Assembly: GCA_050273025.1 (NCBI GenBank)
Contig: CP158636.1
Coordinates: 1,612,001 to 1,676,000, forward strand
DNA: 64,000 nucleotides
Origin: Cenococcum geophilum
Taxonomy: Eukaryota
Direction: 5' to 3'
Below the pieces are notes generated by a model. The model was not told the origin of the DNA and did no database searches. It saw only the letters and a list, made by a program, of their open reading frames with translations. Position 1 is the stretch's first letter; each line of letters begins with the position of its first letter. Position numbers and translations under genes: made by a program. Shown here in pieces: positions 38,118 to 51,991 of this stretch.

Positions 38118-40160
38118 TGGATTTAAACGCGGTACTTTTATTAATACAGCCTTAAGAAGAAGTTTATAAAGCGCCTCTAAACGCAAGTATAATATAAAAT
38201 CTATAATCTAATATAATTAAAATAGTAAAGGTTTTATATAGAATATAATTAGTAATTTAAAACGCCTATAGATAAAACCTTTACCTTATAGCATCTAGAG
38301 CTACTTTAGCACTCTCTTTTATAGTTAAGCTCTATTAAGAAGTAAGTATAAGGATACTTTATATATAAGATATAAGGGCGTTACTTACAAGATATAATCT
38401 ATAGTTTAGCGCCAAACTTTTAGAGGAAGGACTTCTGCGGCTACTAGGACTTAGTATCTTCCTTTTTAAATAGAAATCAGCCGGAAGATCTAGCTCTAGG
38501 TAGCTATTACGTAGATCTAACAGCTACCTCTTAGTAGATTAATAGGAACAATTAATAGTAATTATTCTCCTCCTAAACTTCTTAAGTCTCTTAATATTGT
38601 TATTACTAGCTCCCTTAAATGGAAAGTGCGGTAACTTAATCTTAATACTAGCCGCGCCTCTTTAACTAATGCTCCTCTCTATTACAAGTCTTTACTCCTA
38701 TTAAAGGAATCGTGCCGTCGCATCTTAAGATAACTCTTTAGAAAAAATATATAATCCGCCTAAAAGAACAGGCCACTTATAGCCTCTTATCTATAGTACT
38801 TACTATTCTAAATCTATTACCTGCTATAAGTTCCTTCTATACTTTAAATAAAAACCTAGGGGTCTAATTCCGGACCCCTATTATATTTATCGCTATTTTC
38901 CTTTAGCAAATTATAAGAGGTATAAATCTATCCTTCGCACCTATTCTCTAGCTAATAATATTATTGGAAAACAGACTTTCCCATTATTACATACCGCTTA
39001 GGATGATTTCTATACTTAAAAAACGCTATACACAGATCGATTTAGAAACACTAGAAGGACTTAAGACATATTTCCAGACCGGCTTCCTTAATCAACTTAT
39101 AAAAGGTAACACCCCTTATAATCGCGATACTTCGGCTAGAAAAAGACTCTACTCCCTAGATAGAAATGATATAGATTTTAAGACTAGCCTATAGCGTTTT
39201 AGACTCCCTAAAGCTATTAAATCTAAAGTTAGGGTATATAAATACGTAAGAATAAAATATGGATCTCTATAAAGGATCTATAAGAAGACCTATTAGCTAC
39301 GACTTGGTATTAAAGATTAGGTTATAGTGGCTAAGAGGAGAGATTACCTATCTAATGTCGTTATAGTAAGAAGTAAGTGGAAAGATCCCCTATTAAATCT
39401 TATTATAGTGTGGAGTTTTTTAGAACCTAATGTTAAAGAAAAGCTCCGTAAGTTCTAATAGATATAATACACCAACTTCGTCTCTACTCTTAAGGTTTTT
39501 AAATTTAAGGAGACTTCCTATATTATTTTCGAGTTTATAGCCTACTCTCTATACTACGTCACCGGCAATCCTCTCCTTAACGAAATTTACTTAGCTATAA
39601 TACTTGGATAGGTAAAAACCTAATAGTGTAATAACTATTAAGTAGGGCACTAACTATAGCAAATACTTAACGGGCTTATATACCTTGTAACGAAAAGATT
39701 AGAGCATAGTTTGCTAAGTTATTTAAATATACTCATTTATCTATATAGAGATATAAAAATCAGTTAGTAATTGCTTAGTTTTAAAACCACCTTTACTAAT
39801 AAAATATTATAGCGTATTAAGAATATTGCTATACCCGCCCATTACAAAATACTAAACCTTAAGGTATTAGAGCGCTAAGTGATATTATTATAGAACTAAT
39901 ATAGGGATACGTTAAAGAGGAGCGAGCTATTAGCGTAGATAACCTACGTCATTAGCCGCCCAACTCTAACGCCGCCGGATTCCTCTCTAAGACAACCTCT
40001 ATTACTTTAGTTATTAAGTTAATAGAGGTATATTAGAGCTTTATTTCCCATGCTATTATCTACTAATATTCTCTAGTATCCGTTATTGCAACTTCCTTAG
40101 CAAAAAGAAGTACTTACGGGATTAGTATCTTTCGCCACTATTAGGGCGCGTATAGGTTAT
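38118..40160 (+). pseudogene. Fungal protein-kinase-like (probable pseudokinase) gene, RIP-inactivated; 5' part may be a separate gene
   Basis: 39440-39760 reads KLRKF**I*YTNFVSTLKVF...YIIFEFI...LAIILG* [intron] ILNGLIYL...EHSLLSYLNILI...DIKI, matching kinase subdomains III-VII with a degenerate HRD. Confidence 0.7.
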
Positions 40161-43100
40161 AAGTATCTACTAAAATAGGTAGCTCTTCTTAAACGTTTTC
40201 CATCTCGCGAGCATACTTAGAAATTTTGCTAGATTACCTATATTAATAGCTAATAAAGTAATAATATTTTTACTCAATTCCAGCTAGTGACTAGGATTCT
40301 ATTACTAGGTCTATTATCGGGTTTTTAGTTCTAGACCTAGTTCTAAACCTCTTACTAGGTTTCTAGTTCTAGGCCTCTTACTAGGTTCCTAATTCTAGTC
40401 CCTTTCTATTTTTATCTTTAACGGATCTTTAAGCATCCCTTAAATTAACGAGTTTTCCGCTAATTTTTACCATACTTTGCTGATTCCTTTTCTTCCGCCC
40501 TTAAATAATAGTCTGTATTATTATGGAAATCACCTAAGTGTATACTATAGCCATAGGTAGCATCTTTACTTTTCTTATCCTTGTTTACTTCCGTCCCTAT
40601 ATATAGTTATTTTTAAAAACCACTTCTCTTCTAGTATCTCAATATCTTACTTATCCGCAGCTAATCCGCTACTATCAATATTTAGGTCCATAGAGTTAGG
40701 CCAATATCCTTTTATAGTTATTTTATATTATAGTAAATGCGTTCTATGTTGGCTTTAAAGTCTAGAATATTTAGATTGCTGGTTTACAAGCTGTAAATCT
40801 CTCGTTAATTAATATAATCCCACTTTTCGCTAGTCCTTATCTTAACTTTCTTATAGATATACTTAGGGTTTCTCTAAATATATACCGACGAGTTTATCGC
40901 TTAGTTAGGATAATATCGTTTATCCTTCTACTCTTTTATATTTTTACGGTAATGGCTAGCCAAAACTCTTTCCCTTTATGTGTAGCGGAGAATATATAGG
41001 GAGTTATTATAAGCCTTATTCCCTCTTCCCCCTTTCTATAGGACTAATGCCTTACTAACTATATCTAACACTATATAGGGGGGATTATCACTATGCTTTC
41101 TTCTCTTACTCTCTTATCCTTTTCTTTATAGGCCATTATATAAAATATTTATCCGCGTGCACTAAGTATTAGCAATCCTTTCTGCCTATTTTATTTAGCG
41201 GCACTTAATATTAAAGCCGCTCCCTCCTCGGCTATATATCTATATCTTTGCGATAATATTCCTTTTAACCCTTTTTTTATAGTCCGGATTCCTTATTTAC
41301 CGAAATAGGGCTATAGGCTCCGGCTATTCTCGAGCTTATATTAGTTATATTATTAATATTATTAAGATACGTCTAAGTTTATTTTAACTATTAAGAATTA
41401 AAGTAGGGCAGTATATAGGTCTGTAGATTCCAGTAATAAGTTTTTAGTCCTTTCTATAAACTTATTCTTTCACTATAACGTCCTAGTTAGAAGGGGAATA
41501 GAATTCTTTAGATCTGTTTATAGAGCCTTATAAAGGCTTAACCTAGAGATTACTATATTATAGCAAAACCTACTACGGCGGACCGCCCTATCTAGCTCTA
41601 TTTAGCGGGCTATATAGGATTAGCGCACTAGTAGGCGATTATAAAACTATTCTTATAATATTAAGCGGTTTCGGTATAGCCGCGTAGTTGCCTTACCTTA
41701 CTTAGCTAATATATAGGTATAATGCTTATAGGACTCGCACCCGGTGAGTCCATTTAGTATAGTAATTGGAGACTATTAGTAAGCCCTAAATTGTAGTTTA
41801 TAAATTTAAAACTTATAATATATAGATATTAGGATCGCAGTGCAGTCTTTACTTAATAATGCTCTAACTAACGACACCTTAGATAATGGTTATGTTAGTA
41901 GCTTAAATAATATTATTATTATAGCTCACGCCAACTTAAAATAGATCCTTAGTATTTTAATCTACATTAGATTAGGGGGGAAGGGTAGGGTACTATTTAG
42001 TAAACGTACTATAGTATATAAAGGCTCTATAAACCTAGAGATAATTCTCTAAAAAGAGAGGGTAGGAAAATATATTAAAAGGGTATAAGATAAGGCAGAG
42101 AAGTAAGGAGAAATGCTAGTTATAGGTAAGATTTCCTACCTTATGCTACTCTTAAGCTGCTGACCGTTTATAGTATTAGGAAGTAATAAGCTATAAAATT
42201 ATCTACAAGACCTTATACGTGGCTACTTAAATAATAAAGTAAGGCTCCTCGAACTAGAATATTAGCTGGTATAATTATAAGAGCCGCTTATAAGAGGGTG
42301 CGTCTAATTAGTATTCGGAGTTAATATTAAATCTCGCTTTCTTTCTTCTTATTATAGGTACTATTAAAAGGTTAAAATTTTCTTATTAGCAATTTATTCG
42401 TAATTATAAAGTAGTAGTTACCGCTTCCGTGCCTAAGACTAAAGTAACCTAACCTAGTAGATTATTACAAAGTAAGAGAAATGTAAGAGTAGTACGTTAG
42501 TGTTTAGAATAAGTAAAATAGACCAGTTTTTTAATATCTATATCTTAGCCATTAAAAATTAACCTTTTACCTACTAACACTACACCTCTAATCCTCCTGT
42601 CTTCTATCTCCTCTATATTTACCCTATTTAGATTTATATTACCATCACCATTATAATATAGATCGCTAATCATTTCCTATTACCTAGTTCCTTATTGCGC
42701 ACCCCTATTTTGCTACTTACCTTAATTATATACTTTGCCCTCTTCTTACTACGCTGCCTGTCCTTACCATTTCACTTTCAATCCCGTATATCACTTACCC
42801 TCGTTTTTAACTTGTGCTTTAACGGCAGCGTATATAACAGATCCTTTTACTAATATATATACGGTATTATTAGTGCCACATATAACTAACACAATAAGCG
42901 CCAATCCTCCCGCCCCTTCCTACTTAGGCAAAGCGTTACGCTCTAACACTTATGCTTAGCAGATAGCCGCTATAATAATATTTAAGTATTATAGAGAACA
43001 AGTTTATCTACTTATATAATAATTCGGGCTATAATATTACCTTTACAAACACTTAACAGGTGCGCTAGTACTCTTTAATTAAGCCGAATATAGGATGAAG

Positions 43101-43518
43101 TGTTTATTAAGGAATATAATCAGCTTATTAATATCGCTTATTAACTAATATTAGATTTCGCTTACCTTGCTAGCCCTACTACTAAGTAAATAAGTCTATA
43201 TTTATCCTAAGGACCTAAATTTAGCCCTAGCAGCCTTGCGGAGCTAGGGTATTATTGCTTATCTAATAAAGGGGTCGCATTTGCTGCTTCTGTTTTATAA
43301 TCCCCCCCTTTAGGCTCTACTACGTTCCACCAGGCCTCTTCTTTACAAATCCTTAAGTATTAGGTATTTGTGATAAATAAATACCGTAATTAGATTAAAT
43401 AAGCTTTAGAGGTTAGAAAAGATACTAAATATATTAAGCTAATAAATAAATCTAATCTATCTTATTATTGCTATTCTAATTATTATAAAACTAAGGATAT
43501 CTCCAGTAGTATATTTAG

Positions 43519-44015
43519 TTAGATCTCTAATATCTTTCTAGTCTCTCTAATAAACTTTTCTAAATTCTCTATAAGCTAGATACTAAACCTGTTATAAATA
43601 ATCTGCATATTACCGTATCTCTAGTAACCTTTAGGGTAGTAAACAACTATCTTATAACTAAGAGTATATAGACCAAGCTTAAGAAGGCTAATTAGCGATA
43701 TACTATTCTTATTAAAGAATATTACAATAATGTTAGCGCGGTCCAAATAATCAAGCTCCCACTTAATATGCTCGCGGAACTATAGATTAGAAATTTCCTA
43801 TATCCAATCTTTATACTAGTTATTATGGCGTAGGTTAAAAAAAGTAATAGAAAGATACGAGAGGGATAATATTACCTTAGCTTACTAGTTAGTAGCAGAA
43901 CCTATATTAATACTGCCAGTAAGGTAAATAGACTTGCCATAAATAGGCAGACGGGCTGGTGGCTTGCAAATCGTGCATATAGCAGTTTCTAAGTTAGCTA
44001 ACAACGTGCTTATAA
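43519..44015 (-). pseudogene. Nucleoside 2-deoxyribosyltransferase-like protein (Nuc_deoxyri_tr2 type), RIP-inactivated
   Basis: SIYLTGSI, FFNLRHNN* (FNPR..W), FREHIKWELDYLDRANII, SLISLLKLGL (SPISLLELGL), YGNMQII. Confidence 0.75.
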
Positions 44016-44416
44016 TTACGCAATATTGGTAACTAACGGATAAATAAAACCCAATCCTTGGAATAGATAAAATAATAAAATAGTCAGCATAATAAAGCGA
44101 TAGGTGACGATATGTCTATCAGACACAATTTAATATAAGGTGTTACCCCCATTAATAACCATTATATTAAGGCGATATACTTTGCTAAGCTACTTAAGAT
44201 AATTTAAGGGTCCCAAAATAGGGACCCTACTATAAATAACTCCTCGGGGTGCCCTAAAGCAAACCCCTATAACTTAAAATTTAAGGGTTAAAATAGAAAT
44301 TAGAAATAGTAAAGGGATTTCTTACTATATATCCTATAAATCCAGTAGGTTTTAGAGTTGCAAATTACACTCTATAGTTATTTCGACCGCAACTATATAC
44401 CCTTTTACGGATATTA

Positions 44417-45445
44417 ATGCTCTCCTTTATATAACTTCTATTGCTCTAGGAAGCTTTGCCACCACAGCGCCCCTTTATTCCAATACTACAGCTATAGTAG
44501 GTAGTGGTCCGCCAAACAGTGGGGTACCAACTATAATATCTGCGGGTGCGATTAAAGAACTTTAATTAGCGCACTTCCTTGAAAATTTAGAGGCGTCCTT
44601 TTTTAATACTGGCTTAACGGAAATTACAAAGTGGGGAATAAATGAATATCCTAATAATGCCATTAATGTTATTAGTAAGATTGCTGCTGTAAGTATACTG
44701 CCACTTTAAAGTCTAGAAATATTACCTAACACTCTTATAGCAAGAAGAGGTCCACCTTAAAAGCCTTATAAACTTACTTAAGGCCTATAACGCACCATTA
44801 ATTTCTCCTTATAATTACTCCTTCCCAATAAATTCAACTAAGGGGTTCTTTAAACTTGCCTATCTTATAACCTCAATAAGCATTAGAGCCACTATTAGAC
44901 TTACTAAACAACTCACAGTTACTGATTCTCTACTTTTAAGATCGGTATCATTAATACTTACTGTTAAATCCCGCTATAATGTATTCTTTTATTATATCTA
45001 GGACGAAGTACCTAATCCGGCTCCATTTAACACCGGGATTAGCAACATATAGGCGTATAATCTCGCTCTTTCATTTATTATTCCTAGATCTTGCCTAGTT
45101 AAAGTCTTATTACCTATTTTGCTGAGACTAACTATTGCACAATTAACTGGTAAAGTATTTAGTAACAGCACTAATAGACCATTAAAGAGTAAGTTTACGT
45201 AGGATCCAATGCAAATGCCATTTATTGCTAAAGAAGGCAAGCAACTTTTTATTAGATGGGTTAATTAGCTTAACGTACTAGTGTATACACCTCTAAATAT
45301 TACCACCCTTAGGAGGGGGACCGCTTATATACCACAAGAAATAAACGGAGTAACTTTCGCTGTGGTAACAGTATAGTAGCCTAATAATATCAATGATCTA
45401 ACTCTTGCAACAATGGCAGGGCCAGTTATTATATTACCTTCCTAG
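44417..45445 (+). pseudogene. Secreted ferritin-like domain protein (Rds1-like), RIP-damaged, one intron
   Basis: Signal-peptide-like N-terminus, L*LAHFLENLEASFF, IAA[intron 44689-44739]QEEVH, C-terminal AGPVII. Confidence 0.7.
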
Positions 45446-45745
45446 AAGAAAGTAGAAAGGTCTTATTATATCATTATATAAAGTTTGGGTTTTTTTATTT
45501 TCCTAATATTTTGACATTTAAACTATAGAACAGGTAAAGTAGTAATATTCTCGCTATATAGGTATATAATAAATATAAAACTTTCTTCTTACTTATCCGC
45601 TACGGTTCCATAAAGAGCATAAATAGCAAGGCTCGGTTCGTTTAATCATTACGTTAAAGTTAATAGCACTTTCTTATACCACCACTAAGGAAACTTATAA
45701 TTTGTTATAAAATATTTTTATTATTCTAAGGTATCTTAGTTAGTA

Positions 45746-46111
45746 TATTATAAAGGCTTAGTTAAAAGAACAGAATCTATTAGTAGCCAGTGAACAAGAA
45801 TTCCAAGACAAGGTCTGGAAGAAGGTCGAGGAAAGGTGTTACGGCACTAGTAGAAATTGGCAGAACTTTATAGTTACGTAACTAGAGGACCGCATAAAAA
45901 AACCCTACTTTGGCCAGCGCTGCTCTTCTTCTCCTTTCCTTTCTCTAGCTTTAGATCCTCGTTTATAAACTACCATTTATACAGGCTTACGCGTCCCTTT
46001 TGCCGTACTCGTGCCTTAATTGACTGAGTCGCTAACAAAAGGATATGTCTATATACATGGCGCCAAGGCTCAGCTAAGCCCCTAACTAGGGTCTATAATA
46101 GTGCTGTAATA
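45746..46111. mobile_element. Probable solo LTR family B, copy 2 (interrupted)
   Basis: Homologous to 12518-12676 on both sides of the nested family C LTR. Confidence 0.7.
45837..46037. mobile_element. Solo LTR family C, copy 2, nested in the family B LTR
   Basis: TGTTA...TAACA ends intact, TSD aaagg. Confidence 0.92.
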
Positions 46112-46599
46112 TATATAATAAAAGTCTAAAGGCTTATTAAATATTCTAGTAACTTGTCTTTGTATAGATCGGCGCCCCTTGGCCTAATCTATCTATAGCT
46201 GGTCTTTTTATATAAGGGGGCTACCTAAGCGGGCTGCCAGCACGCTCCCTGCAAGTTTATAGCAATATAGTAATCTATTAGTAGGGGGGGGGCCTAAGGC
46301 ATCCACAGGAGCTTCTTTAGGTCACGTGATTATCGCTTAGCTAGTTTATTATTTACACGCTTACAGAGAAGAGGATTAATTAATCTAATTAGTGGGTACG
46401 GGCTTAAAGGCATTAATTAAGAATGGGTATATTCGCAAGGCTATTTACAGGGGATTACTCTACCTTAACTAAACGTAATACCTATAGACCTAGAAGCGCA
46501 GCGCCCGTACTATACAAGGTAGAGTAGGGAGAAGAAAAAAATAAAAAATAAAAAAGGGGGGGAAAGGAGAGATTTAAGTTAATGTATTAGAGTGCCAAA

Positions 46600-49500
46600 A
46601 TAGGTACTCCTACACGCCGTTATGCCTAAATACCTTCGCCCATTATATCTAGGGCGAGTAACAATAAGAACGGTATTAGTGTTTTACGTTAAAAGTTTAT
46701 ACTTAGCCGGAATAGGTCTTTTAGGGATAATAAACAGTAAAGCTGGAACGCTTATAAGGACCACCAGCCCAGTTACTATATTTGGCCGTCCGTGAAACCG
46801 TTATCTTAAGCGTATTAAGTAGTACCTTTCTAAAACAAGTATCCGTTATAGAGCTTAGAGTAGAGGCCGAGAGCGGCAACTTTATACTTTAGCTTATTCC
46901 TAACCGCGTAGCTTATAAAGGCCGATCTCTTAAAGTAAAAGAGAGGGGCGTTTCTGGGTTGGGGGTCATTTTTAAACAGGTGTTTTATAGCTTAAACTGC
47001 GCATTTAGGTTGCCCTAAAGCGGCAATTATAATTAAGACTCCTTAGTAATTAATATCCGTTTTACTACGCTTTAGACGTAATATCATATGGTCCTCTGCC
47101 AGCGTTATATCGTTTCTAGTACATTTTATAGTAAAAAAGGCGTAGCTATCTTTCTAAGCCTTAGTGTAGGTAATCTCGCCTAAATAAAGAAATCCCGCAA
47201 AGGCCGTAGTAACGGCGGCGTTAAAGTTAAGATCCTTAATGGATTGGGCATTTAGGGTGACTAATTAGGCGAGGATGTCTTTAGTAATTAGTAATCTTTT
47301 AGCCGTAGTAAAGGGATTTATAAATGTTACACCGTCTAGAATCCTCTTAATAATAGGATTATTAAAGACGGAGGTGTTATAATTAGCGTTAATATAGTAG
47401 GATTAAATTGCGGAGACGTAGGCTCTAACTATAGTAGGCTTAATACGGCTTATTCCTAGACTAGTATTGCTAAAGATCCGTTAGGTAATCCATTCTCCTA
47501 AGTAGTAGAAGGGCGCTAGGTACTTTACCGCTTTATAAAGGTCGCAGTAGCCCTCCTAACTCTTAATTGCGGGATAGTATAAATCTCTCATTCTATTAAA
47601 GAGGCTATGCCATAATAATTGGCCGAAGCATTCTAAGGGGGCTTTTACCTTAATTTAAAAATCAGGTAGGGGGTCTTTAAAAGGGACTAGGTCTCTTATT
47701 TCGGCGTTAGATTAAATATAATAAAGAAGTATATAGTAACGGTAAATTAGAAGTATCCCAATACGGGTATAGTAATAATACCCTATCGCGATTAAAACGA
47801 GATAGAGCATTAGCTAGCCTATTTTCTATAAAGGAAACCCACTCCGCATAGAGTGTAATATCGTAAGCTATAGCTAGTTAGAGGATCTTATAGAGCGGGT
47901 AATTACCTAGTCCTTTTACCACCGTATTTTAGAATCCTAAGAGTGCTACTATATTATCCGTATAGATATAGACTAAGCTATACTCCTACTGCGTTACCTA
48001 GAGCTAAAACAAGGTTATAATCGCTCAGACCTCCCGCTTATTAATTAGGGCAAGGCAGTATTCTACATTAGGGTAGCAGCTTAAAGAATCGTCTTAAGGT
48101 AGAGATACCAAATAGGGCAGCTATATTGTCCCTTAAGAATCCTTAAAAAAGAAGGCCCCGTAATTAAGAATCCCGGATACGTCTAAGAAGAGATAGAATT
48201 GTTTTCGATCCGTATTATTAAAGAAGAGGATACTATTTAAAAGGGTAAGAGCATCCCTCCACCATAATAAGTCTTGGCGAAGTTCAGCTATTAGCTATTG
48301 GCGAGGATAACTACCTACCTTTATAAAAGTGGAGATAAACTCCTAAATAGAGCGGTTATATAAACGCTTAAGCCTAATTACCTAGGCGCTCCAAGCGAGT
48401 CTACTAGCTAGTTTTTAACTCTAAACCAGCATTAGGGATCTACTACTCAACGCTTTATCAATCTCTTTAATCATAGTGGCCTATTTTAAAGGAGAAAGAC
48501 GCAGCTTAGACTTTAGAGTATTTATAATATAACTTAAGACTTTAGCCGTAGTACCTTTAATATTCTTTAATTCATTTTATAGGATGCCTAATTTGTCACT
48601 TAATTAGTTATACACACTAAGCAATTAAGGGAGGATAGAAGCGTTAGAGAGTATAAAAATAAAGTTATCTAGATAGTGCTCTAAGGCGGCGTTTAGAATA
48701 TGTTAGATAAGTATCCAGTAGAATCCCTCCGTAAAAAGATTAAATAAAAAGGGTACAGTTTAAAGGCCGAATAAAAGACAACGTTTAAAATATATTACAC
48801 CCTTTTAGGAGAACCCTATAAGGCGTTAAGCTTTAATAAAAAGTAGGATGTTCTAAAAGGCGTCCTTAATGTCCCTCTTAATAATTATATAACTATGGCC
48901 TATATATATAACGTGTTGGAGAACCTAATTAACTGTTAAATATTATAGTATGGCGAATGCTATAGGGATTAAGTCGTTAATAGATCGGCTAGATGGTAAG
49001 GATAAGTTATAAATACGGCGCCATCCCCTATCCGCTTTAGGTACTAAACCTAGCGGTAAAAATATAACGGGAGATGTTGCTATTACAATCCTGCCTATAT
49101 CTAGATCGGCGCTAATCTTCTCTAAGATTAGGACTGTATTTATAGCTATTAAGACTTAGTTCTTCTAGGAGAGGAGCTTAATTTCTAGGTCTACCCTAAT
49201 CTAATATCTAAACTTTAAGATACTAATAATATTGCGTTAAAGGTTGCCGGGGTACAGGGATAGATAACGCCCCTATACTTAAATAATTAAGGGGAAGGAA
49301 GAGTCCTATAGAGGAGAGGAGGGCAGGAAGACTGGAAATAATAGTATAGTATTTAGTCTACCCGTACTATAAGGGTAGAGTACAGTTTTGGTAGAGTGTA
49401 GGTATAGCTTAATAAAATCCTCTTCCTCCTCTTTTTTTTCCTTATTAATACTTTCCTCTAGTAATTACTACTTGCAATTCCTCGCAGTATATAGGCTACC

Positions 49501-50600
49501 GCACTTGCTATAAATATACGGGAACTTACAATCCTTGCCTAGGTCATACTTCTCTCTATTAAAGCTATAACAAGTCCTTAAGATATTAGTACTTACTTAT
49601 ACGCGTTTTAAGATAAATGCGGATTTATAAGTACTAGGATTGCAATAGATATCTAGGAAGTTACTAGATATCTTCTAATTAGCTAGCTTTAACTAGTTCT
49701 TTTAAATAACCATAGAGTGGTGCTCTAAGGCTATAGTCATTAAGGAAGCAATTTAGTAGGTGGTAGATAGCTAGATAACTTAATTATAGAAGGCAAGTAT
49801 TTAGGGAATAAGATCTACCGAAAGATTCTTATATATAATAATTAAAATTATTATATAGTTAAGGAAGCCCTTTACCCACACTTTAACAGATAGGTAGTCC
49901 TTTATTATCCCTTCTTTTGGTCTTATAAAAAGGACGCTATTAATAATAAGGATATTATTCTAAGGCTTAGACTAGAGCTAGTATATCTAGAGGCGAGAGA
50001 GGTTATTAGGCAAGAAAGTACCCTAAAATACCTTAAGTATCTCTTTATTCGGGACGCTAGGGAGGAGGGTATTTAGGATATTGGCTATAAATGGGAGCAA
50101 CTTACCTAGTTTATTAATTAGGGTTAAGGATAACACTACTGTAGCTAATCTCGCTATTACTATAGCGAGGCTTAATATATAGAGTTTAGTTGCCTAATCT
50201 TCCTATTCTTTTTAAACGTATAGCATTTCGGTACGGTCCTCCTATTCCTAAAGGAGTCTTATTTTCCGGTTAGTTGCCTAGTCCTTAACCTCCTTTACCT
50301 AAGCTCTTCTAATCCTTAGGTCCTCCTTGTATAGTTACTAAAGCCATTCTTCGGCTTTTTTAGCGGCTAAAGTCTCGCGTTAAGCCGCGGAGAGAGGCGC
50401 CATTATAGAGGATAGAGACTATGACGCCGGCATATCGCCTAAAGGTATAGGGGAAGGTGAGGGAGACTGGTAGGTAACCTCTAAGGAGTTTAGCTCGTTG
50501 AGTATATCGTCATTAGTTAAGTTTTTAAGGTTTTTATAAATAATTCGCGAAGGTTTAGACGAGCGTATAGGTCGTTAAGTCATTAATAGCAACAATTAAT
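46600..50600 (-). mobile_element. DIRS/Ngaro-type tyrosine-recombinase retrotransposon (gag - RT - RNase H - YR), RIP-inactivated; termini not resolved
   Basis: gag zinc fingers CYSFN..CKFP..KCG (49490-49580). RT PLGLVPKADRGWRRIYNLS, KRDIKDAF, HYLDNF. YR AFAGFL..GEIT, LRLKRSKTD, GYLF*KG (GHSFRKG), LGWWSL*AFQLY. Confidence 0.9.
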
Positions 50601-51991
50601 TATTAGAAATTAAGTAAATAAGGTATTGGCTCTTAAATGAGACTAATATAGAAAGCAAGTAAGCAAGGCTTAATTTTGTAAATGTTAATAATGTTAGTGT
50701 TGCTAAGATATAGGGGTGCTGCTGTAGTGCTCGCTTAGCTATATAGATATATCCATATATAGAATTGTCCTAAAGGACGACTCCACTTTATAGAGTCCAC
50801 ACTTTTATACACCTACATTCCTGTGTAATATAATCTTTATAAAAATAGTATAGATACGACTATAAGCCATCCGCTTAAGATTTAAGAGTTAGTAATTAGT
50901 AATGGAAATAGGTAATAAGACATTTAATAAGACATACAATTGTAAGTAGCGGGGTAGTAAGATATTAGGTTCTAGTCTTAAAGATAGTAGTAGGGTAGTA
51001 GTAAGGAAATCCGATTTAGTTTAATAGAGGTGTACATATACATCTAGGGCTCAATAACTTTTTTTCTTAAATTAGGGACAACTGTATATTTATGGCAGGT
51101 AAGAATGTGTATAGGATTAGTATTTCACTACCAACTATATCTATAGATAAGCTGTCCGTTACTAGGCTTGCTGCAAAACTATACTAGAACTAACTTTAAG
51201 GCTTCTATTGTATATAGCGCGCTTCCGACAACGTAAATATATATAAAGAGTAAGCAGTATAATAATAAACACAGTACCGGCGATTACTATACCCACAACT
51301 CCCCCGCCTCTTAGAGGTTTAGAAAACAAGTATTTAAAAGCTTTTTATCCTCTTATAAAAATATTATACCTACTTTCTATTTAGAATACACTTTTATATT
51401 ATAGGGCTCGACCTACTCTAGACTCTAAAATATGGTTTTATATATTTAAATTGCTTTCTTTTAGAAGGCTGGGAATATTTTATACGTGAACTCTAAAATA
51501 GGGCTAAAACTTAAAGAGACTAATTAAAAAGAACGATACATTTATATCTAGCCACGCTACCCCTATCCCTAACGGCTAAAAATAGGGGACCCAGAAACGG
51601 GCTCTATGGGTTTAAACACTATACTAACTAATAAGCAGACCAGTTTTAGGTCCGCATAGAACCCAATTATAGTCCTCAGTTCTGGCGACTATTAAAATTA
51701 TTCCTATACCAGATCTCTAAATATTAGGTAGTAGTTAAACTAAATTCTTCTCCCCCTCCTTTACACCCAAAACAGGCCACCAAATTTCGCTTATAAATAT
51801 AGTAGTTGTGCTTAAAAAGGCTTTAGGTATTTCCCTAAGCTTCAAACAACTAATAATAGACTCCCTTAAGCAGGAGAAATTTCGTAATATAAGGAGCAGC
51901 ATCACTACTAGTAAATTAATCTTAATCAGCTAGTTTATCTAGCCTAGGTATAAGTTACCTATACTACTCCAAAGGAGAATAGTAAAGTATA

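Noticed and set aside
40260..43400. Further coding-like relics here and at ~6950-7900, 29000-30100, 53000-54200 and 57400-58200
   Set aside because: They look like RIPed genes, but no family motif or reliable boundaries could be assigned without a search.
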